NCBI GenBank assembly: GCA_948857205.1
Contig: CAQPRV010000107.1
Location: 9,272-73,271 of the forward strand
Reading direction: 5' to 3'
Origin: an uncultured Clostridia bacterium
Lineage (GTDB): Bacteria > Bacillota > Clostridia > TANB77 > CAG-508
DNA: 64,000 nucleotides
Position 1 is the stretch's first letter. Each line of letters starts with the position of its first letter. Shown piece by piece: positions 28,669-38,467 of this stretch. A program made the translations under genes and the position numbers. Below the pieces are notes generated by a model. That model had not been told where the DNA came from, made no database searches, and saw nothing but the letters and a program-made list of their open reading frames with translations.

Positions 28669-30375
28669 GTGACTAATGGAAGGAATAAGATAAAAATGAA
28701 AAAGGGAAAAAGAGTAGCCAATAATGAAAAAACAAAATTATTAAAAATATTAGTTATAATAAGTGTAGTAATAATATTATTTATAATAGGCTTAATAGTA
28801 AACAATTTTGTTATTTTTGATCAAAACAAAAAAGTGAATTTAGTAATTAATAATAAAAATGTTACCTCAAATCTAAAAAATGAAATATTATTTGAAGATA
28901 AAATTATTTATTTATCACAACAAGATATACAAAATTTCTTTGATAAATACTTATACAAAGAAAAAGAAACAAACCAAATTATAACAACGTATGACAAAAA
29001 AATAGCAACAATAGGTTATGAAAAAAACTCAATAACAATTAATGGAAAAGACAAACAAATATATGCACATGCAATTGAGAAAAATGGAACTACATATTTG
29101 CCAATTTCAGAAATGAAAGATGTATATGACATTCAAATAGAAAATATAGAAAAGACAAAAGTTTTAATTATTGACTCTTTAGATAGAGAACAGAAAAAGG
29201 CAGTAGTAACCTCAAATATATCTGTCAAATCATCTTCAAATATTCTTTCTAAAACAGTTGATATAATTAAAAAAGGAGCTTATGTAATAGTATTATCAAC
29301 TGAAAAAGACTATTCTAAAATAAGAACAGAAAATGGAAAGATAGGATATATAAAATCAAGCAAATTATCTAATCAAATTACTGTAAGAGAAGAACAAAAA
29401 GAAGAAAAACAAATAAAGGGGAAAGTTAATTTAACTTGGGATTATTTTTCACAAGTTGCTTCTGCACCAGACAGATCTGGCACAAAGATAGAAGGAATTA
29501 ATGTAGTTTCGCCATCCTTTTTCTATTTAGATGATAATGGGAATTTAAAGGAAAACGTTGGAGATAGTGGAAAAGAATATATTAAATGGGCACATAATAA
29601 TGGATATAAAGTATGGCCAATGGTATCAAATGCAGAAGCAGGTATAAAAGTTACATCAAAAATAATGAATAGTTATAAAAATAGACAAGAATTAATTGAT
29701 GATATAGTAAATAAATGTATTGAATATAAAATTGATGGAATAAATATAGATTTTGAAAATATGAAAAAAGAGGACAAAGATTTATATTCAAGATTTATAA
29801 TAGAATTAACACCTAGACTAAAAGATATAGGTATAGTAACTTCTGTTGATGTAACAGCACCAGATGGTGGAGAAACTTGGTCTTTGTGTTTTGATAGACA
29901 TGTGATTGGAGATGTAGCAGATTATATTGTATTTATGGCATATGATGAATATGGAGTATCAAGTACAAAGCCAGGAACAACAGCTGGTTATGATTGGGTA
30001 AAATTAAGTTTAAATAAGTTTTTACAAACAGAAGAAATAGAACCTGAAAAAATAATTTTGGCCATTCCTTTCTATACCAGAGTATGGACAACAGATAGTA
30101 ATGGAAAAGTGACAAGTAAAACTGTTTCAATGAAAAACACATATTCAGTAATCCCAGAAAATGCAAATAAACAATGGAATGATCAGTTAAAGCAAAATTA
30201 TGTTGAATATACTGATGGTGACAATAAGAAACAAATTTGGATTGAAGATATAGATTCTTTAAAAGAAAAGGTTTCACTAATTACTGAAAAAAACTTAGGG
30301 GGAGTTGCATCTTGGCAAAAGGGAATGGAATCAGAGGAAGTTTGGAAAATGCTTAAAAATGAACTAAATAAATAA
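28669..30375 (+). CDS. Membrane-anchored GH18 glycosyl hydrolase (YaaH/YdhD-like), with copper-amine-oxidase-N-like and SH3-like domains
   Basis: N-terminal TM, GTTYLPISEMKDVY stalk domain, SH3-like KGAYVIVL...GKIGYIKSSKL, GH18 catalytic DGINIDFE. The start could alternatively be the ATG at 28696. Confidence 0.8.
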   Translation: MTNGRNKIKMKKGKRVANNEKTKLLKILVIISVVIILFIIGLIVNNFVIFDQNKKVNLVINNKNVTSNLKNEILFEDKIIYLSQQDIQNFFDKYLYKEKETNQIITTYDKKIATIGYEKNSITINGKDKQIYAHAIEKNGTTYLPISEMKDVYDIQIENIEKTKVLIIDSLDREQKKAVVTSNISVKSSSNILSKTVDIIKKGAYVIVLSTEKDYSKIRTENGKIGYIKSSKLSNQITVREEQKEEKQIKGKVNLTWDYFSQVASAPDRSGTKIEGINVVSPSFFYLDDNGNLKENVGDSGKEYIKWAHNNGYKVWPMVSNAEAGIKVTSKIMNSYKNRQELIDDIVNKCIEYKIDGINIDFENMKKEDKDLYSRFIIELTPRLKDIGIVTSVDVTAPDGGETWSLCFDRHVIGDVADYIVFMAYDEYGVSSTKPGTTAGYDWVKLSLNKFLQTEEIEPEKIILAIPFYTRVWTTDSNGKVTSKTVSMKNTYSVIPENANKQWNDQLKQNYVEYTDGDNKKQIWIEDIDSLKEKVSLITEKNLGGVASWQKGMESEEVWKMLKNELNK

Positions 30376-30393
30376 AAAAATCCTTAAAACTGC

Positions 30394-30422
30394 TTGACAT
30401 TAGTGGTTTTGAAATATATAAT
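30394..30422 (+). promoter_or_regulatory. Consensus sigma-A promoter upstream of sigH
   Basis: TTGACA (30394..30399), 17 nt, TATAAT (30417..30422). Confidence 0.65.
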
Positions 30423-30456
30423 ACTGGAAAAGTACATTTGGAGGTATTTATGACAT

Positions 30457-31095
30457 ATGCAAAATGAAAAAATATATTTTACAACAGACGAATATAATAA
30501 TATAACAGATGAACAAATAATATCTCAAATTAAACAAGGAGACCAAAATGCATTATCATATTTACTAGAAAAATATAGAGATCTAGTTAATGTAAAAGTA
30601 GGAAAATATTTTATGATAGGTGCAGAAAGAGAAGATGTTATTCAAGAAGGTATGATTGGACTATTTAAAGCTATAAAAGACTTTAATCCAGAAAAACAGA
30701 ATGCTTTTAAATCCTTTGCAAATATTTGCATAGAAAGACAACTAATTACTGCAATAAAAACATCAAATCGACAAAAACACATGCCTTTGAATTCATATCT
30801 ATCCCTTAATATATCTGCCTATGAAAATAATGATGAAAGTAGTGTGGAATTGATAGATACTTTTGACAATAAAACAGTAGAAGATCCTTTAGAAACAATT
30901 ATGAAAGAAGAATATTATAACGAAGTTCAGCAAGCAGTATATAAATCTCTAAGTAAATTTGAAAAGCAAGTATTAGATAGGTTTATTAAAGGAGATAGCT
31001 ATATAACAATTGCTAAGAAATTGGATTCACCAGTTAAATCTGTAGATAATGCTATCCAAAGAATTAGAAAAAAGGCTATTAAAAATATTTTTTGA
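30457..31095 (+). CDS. sigH: RNA polymerase sporulation sigma factor SigH
   Basis: Collinear with B. subtilis Spo0H as I recall it: GDQNAL.YLLEKYR..V..K...Y...GAEREDVIQEGMIGLFKAIKDF...FKSFA..CI.RQ.ITAIKT..RQKH.PLNSY. Confidence 0.88.
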   Translation: MQNEKIYFTTDEYNNITDEQIISQIKQGDQNALSYLLEKYRDLVNVKVGKYFMIGAEREDVIQEGMIGLFKAIKDFNPEKQNAFKSFANICIERQLITAIKTSNRQKHMPLNSYLSLNISAYENNDESSVELIDTFDNKTVEDPLETIMKEEYYNEVQQAVYKSLSKFEKQVLDRFIKGDSYITIAKKLDSPVKSVDNAIQRIRKKAIKNIF

Positions 31096-31147
31096 AAGAA
31101 GAATTAGAACCTTATTACAAATTTTTTCAAAAAGTAATCAATAAAGC

Positions 31148-31196
31148 AAAATCAAAAGACAATACTTCTGCTTAGTAGTATTGTCTTTTGATTTTT
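31148..31196. terminator. Bidirectional terminator
   Basis: 18-bp arms aaatcaaaagacaatact / agtattgtcttttgattt. Confidence 0.75.
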
Positions 31197-31217
31197 AGTA
31201 TAATCTTTTTAAGAATT

Positions 31218-31770
31218 TTATTCTGCTATAAATTGTTTTGCATCTTCAAAAACTTCATCTATGCATTTTTTGCCATCAATAACATAATCAGCACTTTCAA
31301 TCAATCTATCTATTTCAACCTCATTTTTTAATCGTTCTTTAATTTCATTTTCTTTTTTAGCTTGTTCTATTGTAATCGATAATCTTTTAGATATTCTCTC
31401 ATAACGGATATTATTATCTGTTTCTAAATACATTATCTTACAATTATAATTTTCTTTGAGTACCCTTACCACATCATATATATAAAGTCCATCAACAATA
31501 ACCACATCACTATTACTTAATTGTTCATTAATTATATTTAAAATATGCCCGAGATATTTTCGTTTTAAATTCATTTAATTCCATTGCTTGATGACATTCT
31601 CTAATACGGTTATAACCATTTGCATTAGCAAATTTCTTTCCCATACTAGCAAAACTAAGAAGAGGATAATTAAAATATTCTTCTAGTTTTTGACATAAAG
31701 TTGATTTTCCTGCTCCAGTTCTACCAGTAATTATAAAAATGTTTTTCATAAAATTAATCCTTTCTTGCAA
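31218..31770 (-). pseudogene. P-loop nucleoside/nucleotide-kinase-like protein, frameshifted
   Basis: N-terminal fragment with GRTGAGKST (Walker A) is ORF 31528..31770. The remainder is ORF 31218..31574 in another frame, with the two overlapping at 31528..31574. Confidence 0.7.
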
Positions 31771-31840
31771 TTATAAAAGTATTTTTTGTGATTTTTTGAA
31801 TTATATCTTGTTCTTTATAAGTCTTTTCAAATTCTTTTAT

Positions 31841-32512
31841 TCATATGTAAATTTCTTTATCAGTAAGAAAACTAAAGTTTGAAGTACCTCTTTTTTTATA
31901 TTGTTCTATATATTTTTCTTTGCTTTTTTCAACAATTATAGATGAATTTTCTATTTCTATTTTTGAAAAAATTGATAATCCATTTCTTAATTCAGTTATA
32001 TCTGGATATCTTGTTCTATCTATTTCAAGAGTTTTTGGGAAAAATTTAGCTGTAAATCTATATTTCAAATCTTCATGAGAACAAGTTTTTATAATCAATA
32101 TGCCATTTGTTTTTAAAACTCTATGTGCTTCTTCAAATGCCTTTATTCTATCTTTTTTTGATAATTGCTGAATCATTATAATCATTGTGCAAATATCAAA
32201 TGACTCATCTTTAAATGGTAAGTTTGTAGCATCTCCTTTATAAGCTTCAATTAATTGCTTTGCTTGATTAATTTGAGTTTCAGATTTGTCTATTCCAACA
32301 ACTTTATATCCATTTTCTTGCATCATTTCTCCATATTTTCCTGTACCACAACCAATGTCTAGAATTTTTGCATTTTTAGAGTTCGAATATTTTTTTATAA
32401 TTCCGATAACATTTTCTCTGTCATTTCTAACATCTAAACGAATATTATTATATTCATTGCCTATCTTTTCATAATATTTATTATAGTCTTTACTAATCTC
32501 CATTTTTTTCAT
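31841..32512 (-). CDS. Class I SAM-dependent methyltransferase
   Basis: ILDIGCGTGKYG motif I and a D-containing motif II. Confidence 0.85.
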   Translation of the reverse strand: MKKMEISKDYNKYYEKIGNEYNNIRLDVRNDRENVIGIIKKYSNSKNAKILDIGCGTGKYGEMMQENGYKVVGIDKSETQINQAKQLIEAYKGDATNLPFKDESFDICTMIIMIQQLSKKDRIKAFEEAHRVLKTNGILIIKTCSHEDLKYRFTAKFFPKTLEIDRTRYPDITELRNGLSIFSKIEIENSSIIVEKSKEKYIEQYKKRGTSNFSFLTDKEIYI

Positions 32513-32564
32513 TTTCCTTTTTAAAATTATATAAATGTTGAGCTTTGTAATATGTTAAACATAA

Positions 32565-32999
32565 TTAATACACCAACTTCTTAATAATTTCTAAAGGATA
32601 TTCTTTATTTTCTTTTACATCTTTTATTATATGTTTACTTGAATTATATGCTCTTAATTCTTTACTAGTCATATTCTCTAATTCTTCTATAGAAATCCAT
32701 TTTACATCTAATACTTCATTTTTATCATACGAAATATCTCCATCTATTATATTAGCATTAAATGTAATTTTTATATTTTCTTTATTAGGATAATTCTGTA
32801 TTGAAATTATACTTGTCAATTCTACTTTATAACCAGTTTCTTCTTTTACTTCTCTTTTTGCTCCTTCAAAAATTGTTTCTCCATCATCTAAATGTCCCAT
32901 AGGAAAATTCCACATTTTATATACTTTTTTCTTTGCTTCTTGGATCATTAAAATTTTTCCATCTCTTTTTATACATACACCTACTATAATGTTTTTCAT
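32565..32999 (-). CDS. NUDIX hydrolase
   Basis: Nudix box GHLDDGETIFEGAKREVKEETGY. Confidence 0.88.
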   Translation of the reverse strand: MKNIIVGVCIKRDGKILMIQEAKKKVYKMWNFPMGHLDDGETIFEGAKREVKEETGYKVELTSIISIQNYPNKENIKITFNANIIDGDISYDKNEVLDVKWISIEELENMTSKELRAYNSSKHIIKDVKENKEYPLEIIKKLVY

Positions 33000-33289
33000 T
33001 TTCTATTTCCTCCCTTAAATTTTCTATGTTTATATTCATATGTAAATAATATTTATGTACTAAATAATAACATAAATATTATTATTTTTTAAGCTATTCT
33101 ATAAAGGACTTGGGACTTAGTCCAAAATCTTGAATTTTATAATTTTATTTATTAGATTTTGAAATAATTTTGTTAGTTGTTCAATGTAACTAATTCTAAA
33201 AAGTAAAGTTTTAAAAATTTGTAACATTCGCATAACTATTTTGTATGAAGCTTTTCTTCCTTACATTCGAAAATTTCTAAAAAATAGAA

Positions 33290-33318
33290 AAAATCAACCT
33301 TTTACAGTTGATTTTTAA
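33290..33318 (-). terminator. Terminator downstream of tRNA-Thr
   Basis: Minus strand aaaatcaac/gttgatttt followed by a T-rich tail. Confidence 0.5.
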
Positions 33319-33350
33319 ATACCTTCGTCTGGTGCAACAATTTTATTTAA

Positions 33351-33426
33351 TGGAGCCTCCAACGGGAATTGAACCCGTGACCTCAGCCTTACCAAGGCTG
33401 CACTCTACCAACTGAGCTATGAAGGC
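33351..33426 (-). tRNA. tRNA-Thr (anticodon GGU), CCA encoded
   Basis: The 76-nt cloverleaf folds by hand: acceptor GCCUUCA/UGGAGGC, anticodon stem CAGCC/GGCUG with loop UUGGUAA, T-arm ACGGG-UUCAAUU-CCCGU. Confidence 0.9.
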
Positions 33427-33512
33427 ACAAAACAAATACAAAACAAATTATACAATAATAATAAAAAAAACACAAGCAAATTTTAAAAATTCTTTAAAGG
33501 CAAAAATTACTA

Positions 33513-33541
33513 TTGACAACTAAAGCAAAAGAGATTAAAAT
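33513..33541 (+). promoter_or_regulatory. Sigma-A type promoter for the thrS leader
   Basis: TTGACA, 17 nt, TAAAAT. Confidence 0.5.
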
Positions 33542-33584
33542 ATAAACAAATACAAAAAAGACAAGTAAGAGAAAAAGTAAAATA

Positions 33585-33779
33585 AAGGTTACTTATAGAG
33601 AAAGTTAGCCATAGGCTGAAAGCTAGCTGAAGAAAACATATTTGAAAAACTCACTCTTCAAGTCTCTAGTGAACAAGCTAGACGGAAAAGAACCGTTATA
33701 ATCTTAGAAATTAAGAAAAAATGAGGATGGAACCGTGTAAATAATGCACTCCTATGGCACAAGCCAAGGAGTGTTTTTT
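33585..33779 (+). promoter_or_regulatory. T-box leader (Thr) with terminator
   Basis: AGAGA bulge and a distal loop cataggctgaaa similar to the valS leader. T-box GAGGATGGAACCGTG at 33724..33737. Terminator gcactcct/aggagtgt plus TTTTT. ACU at 33649..33651 is a tentative specifier. Confidence 0.8.
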
Positions 33780-33782
33780 GAT

Positions 33783-33876
33783 GATGATTTTGGGGATGGA
33801 GAAAAAAATCATTGTCAAAATTCAAAAAAAATTAATAAAAAAGATGATGATTTTTTCCTCAGTCCCCAAAATCATC
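33783..33876. repeat. 94-bp palindromic (MITE/REP-like) element between the T-box terminator and the thrS SD
   Basis: 28-nt arms gatgattttggggatggagaaaaaaatc and the reverse complement of the right arm, gatgattttggggactgaggaaaaaatc. About 24 of 28 positions are identical. Confidence 0.7.
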
Positions 33877-33896
33877 ACTAAAAAAGGAGGAAAATT

Positions 33897-35834
33897 ATGA
33901 TAAAAATAGGTTTAAAAGATGGTTCTATTTTAGAAGTAGAAAAAGGAAGTTCAATTTTAGAAGTAGCAAAAAAGATTAGTGAAGGTTTGGCAAGGGTTGC
34001 AACCTGTGGTGAAATTAATGGAAAGATAAAAGATTTAAGGTATGAAATTTTAGAAGATTGTAATTTAGTTATTCATTCTTTTAGTGAGGATGATATTGAA
34101 GGGAAAAAGGCTTATTGGCATACAACTTCACATATTATGGCACAAGCTATTAAAAGGTTATTTCCAGAAGTTAAGTTTGCAATAGGACCTTCAATAGATG
34201 ATGGCTTCTATTATGATTTTGATGTTGAAAGACCTTTTACAGATGAAGATAAAGCAAAAATCGAAGAAGAGATGAAAAAAATTATTAAAGAAGATATTAT
34301 AATAGAAAAATTTTCTTTACCTAAAGATGATGCACTAAAATTAATGGAAGATCAGCCTTACAAGCAAGAGTTAATTAATGAATTACCAGAAGGAGAAGAA
34401 ATAAGCTTTTACAAGCAAGGGGATTTTACAGATTTATGTGCAGGACCACATCTTGAGAGTACAGGGAAAGTAAAATCAGTAAAAATTTTATCTTCTTCTG
34501 GAGCTTATTGGAGAGGAAGCGAAAAAAATAAGATGCTTCAAAGAATTTATGCAATTTCTTTTCCAAAAGCAAGTATGTTAGAAGAACATATGAAAAAGCT
34601 TGAAGATATTAAACAAAGAGATCATAGAAAAATAGGAAAAGATTTAGAAATATTTATGACACATCCATTAGTAGGTTCAGGTTTACCAATGTATTTGCCA
34701 AATGGAGCAACTATTAGAAGAATTTTAGAGAGATATATACAAGATAAAGAAATTGCCTTAGGATATAGTCATGTGTATACGCCATCCTTAGCAAATGTAG
34801 ACTTATATAAGACTTCAGGACATTGGGAGCATTATAAAGAAGATATGTTTCCAGTAATGAAGATGGAAAATGAAGAAATGGTATTAAGACCAATGAACTG
34901 TCCACATCATATGTTAGTTTATAAAAATAAAATGCATTCATACCGTGATTTACCAATAAAAATTGGAGAACTTGCACACGATTTTAGATATGAAGACAGT
35001 GGAAGTGTATGTGGATTAGAGAGAGTTCGCCAAATGTGTCAAAATGATGCACATTTATTTGTACGACCAGATCAAATAAAAGAAGAAGCTGGTAAAGTTC
35101 TAAGGCTAATAGTTGAAGTATATCAGAAAGATTTTGGATTTCCAGCATCAAGCTTTGAATATAGATTATCATTAAGAGATAAAGATAATAAAGAAAAATA
35201 TATAGATAATGATGAAATGTGGGACACTGCTGAAAGTCAATTAAGAGAAATTTTGACAGAATTAGAAATACCATTTTATGAAGCAAAAGGAGAAGCAGCC
35301 TTTTACGGTCCTAAAATAGATATACAAATAAAAACAGCCTTAAACCATGATGTAACAATTCCTACATGTCAATTAGATTTTGCTCTACCAGAAAGATTTG
35401 AACTTGAATATATAGGAGAAGATGGGGAAAAGCATAGACCAGTAGTAATACACAGAGCAATACTAGGAAGTTCTGACAGATTTATATCTTTCTTACTAGA
35501 AGAGACAAAAGGATTTTTACCAACATGGTTAGCACCAACACAAGTAAAAATATTGCCAATTACAGATAAACAACATGAATATGCATATAAAATAAAAGAA
35601 GAGTTAATTAAAGAAAGCCTTCGTGTAGAAGTAGATGATAGAAATGAAAAAACTGGTTATAAAATTCGTGAAGCACAAATATCAAAAGTACCATATATGC
35701 TAATTATAGGTGCAAAAGAAGTTGAGGAAAATACAGTTTCAGTTCGTTCAAGAGAAAATGCAGAAAACGAAACAATTAAACTAGAAGAATTTTTAGAAAA
35801 AATAAAAAAAGAAATTAAAGAAAAACGAAAATAG
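33897..35834 (+). CDS. thrS: Threonine--tRNA ligase
   Basis: TGS domain at the N-terminus, class II motifs, editing-domain HxxxH, 645 aa. Confidence 0.97.
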   Translation: MIKIGLKDGSILEVEKGSSILEVAKKISEGLARVATCGEINGKIKDLRYEILEDCNLVIHSFSEDDIEGKKAYWHTTSHIMAQAIKRLFPEVKFAIGPSIDDGFYYDFDVERPFTDEDKAKIEEEMKKIIKEDIIIEKFSLPKDDALKLMEDQPYKQELINELPEGEEISFYKQGDFTDLCAGPHLESTGKVKSVKILSSSGAYWRGSEKNKMLQRIYAISFPKASMLEEHMKKLEDIKQRDHRKIGKDLEIFMTHPLVGSGLPMYLPNGATIRRILERYIQDKEIALGYSHVYTPSLANVDLYKTSGHWEHYKEDMFPVMKMENEEMVLRPMNCPHHMLVYKNKMHSYRDLPIKIGELAHDFRYEDSGSVCGLERVRQMCQNDAHLFVRPDQIKEEAGKVLRLIVEVYQKDFGFPASSFEYRLSLRDKDNKEKYIDNDEMWDTAESQLREILTELEIPFYEAKGEAAFYGPKIDIQIKTALNHDVTIPTCQLDFALPERFELEYIGEDGEKHRPVVIHRAILGSSDRFISFLLEETKGFLPTWLAPTQVKILPITDKQHEYAYKIKEELIKESLRVEVDDRNEKTGYKIREAQISKVPYMLIIGAKEVEENTVSVRSRENAENETIKLEEFLEKIKKEIKEKRK

Positions 35835-35909
35835 TAAATATGATATAATACAATAAATATTGTAAGACAAATTAGGAACTTCCAAATTGTCTTAGAAAGG
35901 AAAGTATAT

Positions 35910-37001
35910 ATGAAATTAGGAATAGTAGGATTACCAAATGTAGGAAAAAGTACAATGTTTAACAGTATAACTAAAGCAGGTGCAGAATGTGCAAATTATC
36001 CCTTTTGTACTATAGAGCCAAATGTTGGTGTAGTACCTGTACCAGATGATAGATTAGATAAGTTGACAGAAATGTATAATCCACAGAAAACAACGCATGC
36101 AGTAATAGAGTTCGTAGACATTGCTGGTCTCGTTAAAGGTGCAAGTAAAGGTGAAGGATTAGGAAATAAGTTCCTTTCACATATTCGTGAAACAGATGCA
36201 ATATGTGAAGTTGTAAGATGTTTTAAAGATTCTAATGTTGTACATGTTGATGGAGAGGTAAATCCAATTAGAGATATTGAAATAATAAATTTTGAATTAA
36301 TTTTTGCTGATATTGAAACAGTTAATAAAAGATTAGATAAGGCAAGAAAAAATTTGAAAGCAGATAAAAAATACCAAGAAGAAATTAATTTATTAGAAAG
36401 AATAAAAGAAAATTTAGAAAATGGAATATCTGCAAGAAGCTTGGAGTATAATGAAGAAGAACAAGTTTTGATTAAAGATATGTTTTTATTAACAACTAAA
36501 CCAATACTATATATTGCAAATATTTCTGAAGAACAAATTGAAAATGTAGAAAAAGATGATTTAGTATTAAAAGTAAAAGAATATGCAAAAAAAGAAAAAG
36601 CTGAAGTCATCCCTTTATGTGTTAAAATAGAAGAAGAACTATCTGGATTAGAAGATAAGGATAAAACAGAAATGCTAGAAGCTTTGGGCTTGCAAGAATC
36701 TGGATTAGATAAAGTAATAAAAAAGAGTTATGATTTATTAGGATTAATGTCATTTTTAACAGCTGGAGAACCAGAAGTAAGAGCATGGACAATAAAAAAA
36801 GGTACAAAAGCGCCACAAGCTGCAGGAAAAATTCACTCAGATATAGAAAGAGGATTTATAAAAGCAGAAGTTGTATCTTATAAGGATTTAATACAAGAAG
36901 GTTCAATGGTTTCTGCAAAAGAAAAAGGCTTAGTTCGTTCAGAAGGCAAAGAGTATGTTATGCAAGACGGAGACATAGTTTTATTCAAATTTAATGTCTA
37001 A
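35910..37001 (+). CDS. ychF: Ribosome-binding ATPase YchF
   Basis: GIVGLPNVGKST, NYPFCTIEPN, C-terminal TGS-like domain, 363 aa. Confidence 0.95.
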   Translation: MKLGIVGLPNVGKSTMFNSITKAGAECANYPFCTIEPNVGVVPVPDDRLDKLTEMYNPQKTTHAVIEFVDIAGLVKGASKGEGLGNKFLSHIRETDAICEVVRCFKDSNVVHVDGEVNPIRDIEIINFELIFADIETVNKRLDKARKNLKADKKYQEEINLLERIKENLENGISARSLEYNEEEQVLIKDMFLLTTKPILYIANISEEQIENVEKDDLVLKVKEYAKKEKAEVIPLCVKIEEELSGLEDKDKTEMLEALGLQESGLDKVIKKSYDLLGLMSFLTAGEPEVRAWTIKKGTKAPQAAGKIHSDIERGFIKAEVVSYKDLIQEGSMVSAKEKGLVRSEGKEYVMQDGDIVLFKFNV

Positions 37002-37233
37002 AAATGTTACAAATGTAATATCTTTGTAATATAACTGTAAAATAAAATGACGAAAAAAGTATTGACATAGAAAATTTTAAAGTATAAAATAAGATTATAA
37101 AAACAAAAGAAATATATTTATTTATTTGTTTTTTTGGAATAATTGCTAAAATTATATAAAATTAAGTATAATTATTAACAGTTATAACAATACTAATAAA
37201 AAATATATTAAAGAGAGGTAAGGAGAAACAGTT

Positions 37234-37632
37234 ATGAAAAAAACAAATTTAATGAAAGTAGTTTCAATATTATTAATTAGTGCAATGGTAATTTTATTTA
37301 ATGTAAGTGTATTTGCAGCAGACAATGCAGGATTTAATGATTTAACATCAACATTAACAAATTCTTCAAATAGTACAAATAACACAAATTCATCAAACAG
37401 TACAAACTCTAATACAAATAGCTCAAATACAAATTCAAATACATCAAATAATAGTAATAAATCAAATACAAATTCTAATTCTAATGTTAATTCTAATATG
37501 ACAAGTATTTATAACACTAATTTACCAAAAACAGGTGTTGAAAGTTCTGTACCAATGGCAATGTTTATAATAATACTTGCTATATCAGCTATATATGCAT
37601 ACAGAAAAATAAAAGAATATAAAAATATTTAA
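37234..37632 (+). CDS. Small LPXTG-anchored surface protein with an Asn/Ser/Thr-rich low-complexity core
   Basis: Signal peptide ...VSVFAADNA, about 55 aa of S/N/T repeats, then LPKTG, a hydrophobic segment and an RKIKEYK tail. Confidence 0.75.
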   Translation: MKKTNLMKVVSILLISAMVILFNVSVFAADNAGFNDLTSTLTNSSNSTNNTNSSNSTNSNTNSSNTNSNTSNNSNKSNTNSNSNVNSNMTSIYNTNLPKTGVESSVPMAMFIIILAISAIYAYRKIKEYKNI

Positions 37633-37750
37633 TTATTTAATAATAAATAAAAAATTACCAGTAACATATTAATAATATCAAGTTTAAAACAAAAAAACAC
37701 TATAGTGCACAATAATAGAACAAGAATAAGATTATTATAATAATATTATC

Positions 37751-38371
37751 TTATTCTTGTTTTGATTTTACAATAATTCTATTATTATTTAAATTATTAC
37801 AAGTAATCAAAGTTAATTCCTTAGATTTTTTATTGAAATTCAAAATTGGTGATAAATCTGAAGGCTTTACTTCATAGATATTATAAACATAATAAATATA
37901 TTTTTTTCCAATATTATTATAAATAAATATTTTATCATTAAAATTTAATGTATTTATATTACTAAAAAAAAGAGAATTGTTATAATTATGTCCAGCAATA
38001 CAAATATTTTCATAAGAATCTAAAGAATCTCCATAAAATTTGCAAGGCGATATTTTTAATAGTTCTTCAGTGGTTTTTGAAAATATTGGATAATATATAT
38101 TAAGTTTTGGTATTTCTATTATTCCAAATAAATTGTTATCATCTGTTGTTGAATTAAGTTCTTCATTTGCTTGGTTTGAATATAACCTATAAATATTATA
38201 GTTAGATATTAGTGAGTTAGATATTTTTTGCTTGTTATTTAATGAATAAATATAAACTATTATAGTTATAATAGATATAATTATTAAAAATAATGATAAT
38301 ATAAATTGAAATTTATAAAAATTTTTAATATTTTTTCTATGCTTTCGTTTTGTACATAATATTTGATTCAT
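37751..38371 (-). CDS. Sortase-family transpeptidase
   Basis: N-terminal TM, catalytic His (IAGHNY), TLITC Cys motif, downstream Arg (NRIIVKS). Confidence 0.8.
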   Translation of the reverse strand: MNQILCTKRKHRKNIKNFYKFQFILSLFLIIISIITIIVYIYSLNNKQKISNSLISNYNIYRLYSNQANEELNSTTDDNNLFGIIEIPKLNIYYPIFSKTTEELLKISPCKFYGDSLDSYENICIAGHNYNNSLFFSNINTLNFNDKIFIYNNIGKKYIYYVYNIYEVKPSDLSPILNFNKKSKELTLITCNNLNNNRIIVKSKQE

Positions 38372-38467
38372 TCTTTTCTCCTATAAACTTTTTTTTAGTT
38401 TATGTAGAAAAATGTTTTTTATAATATATATTTCTGGTAATATTATTTTATAATTTTCAATTTTATA

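Noticed and set aside
35996-36610. 204-aa ORF on the minus strand
   Set aside because: It lies entirely inside ychF on the opposite strand and has no motifs. It is a shadow ORF.
37360-37500. Repetitive aat/agt/aca stretch
   Set aside because: It is the coding low-complexity Asn/Ser/Thr region of the LPXTG protein, not a DNA-level tandem repeat locus or CRISPR.
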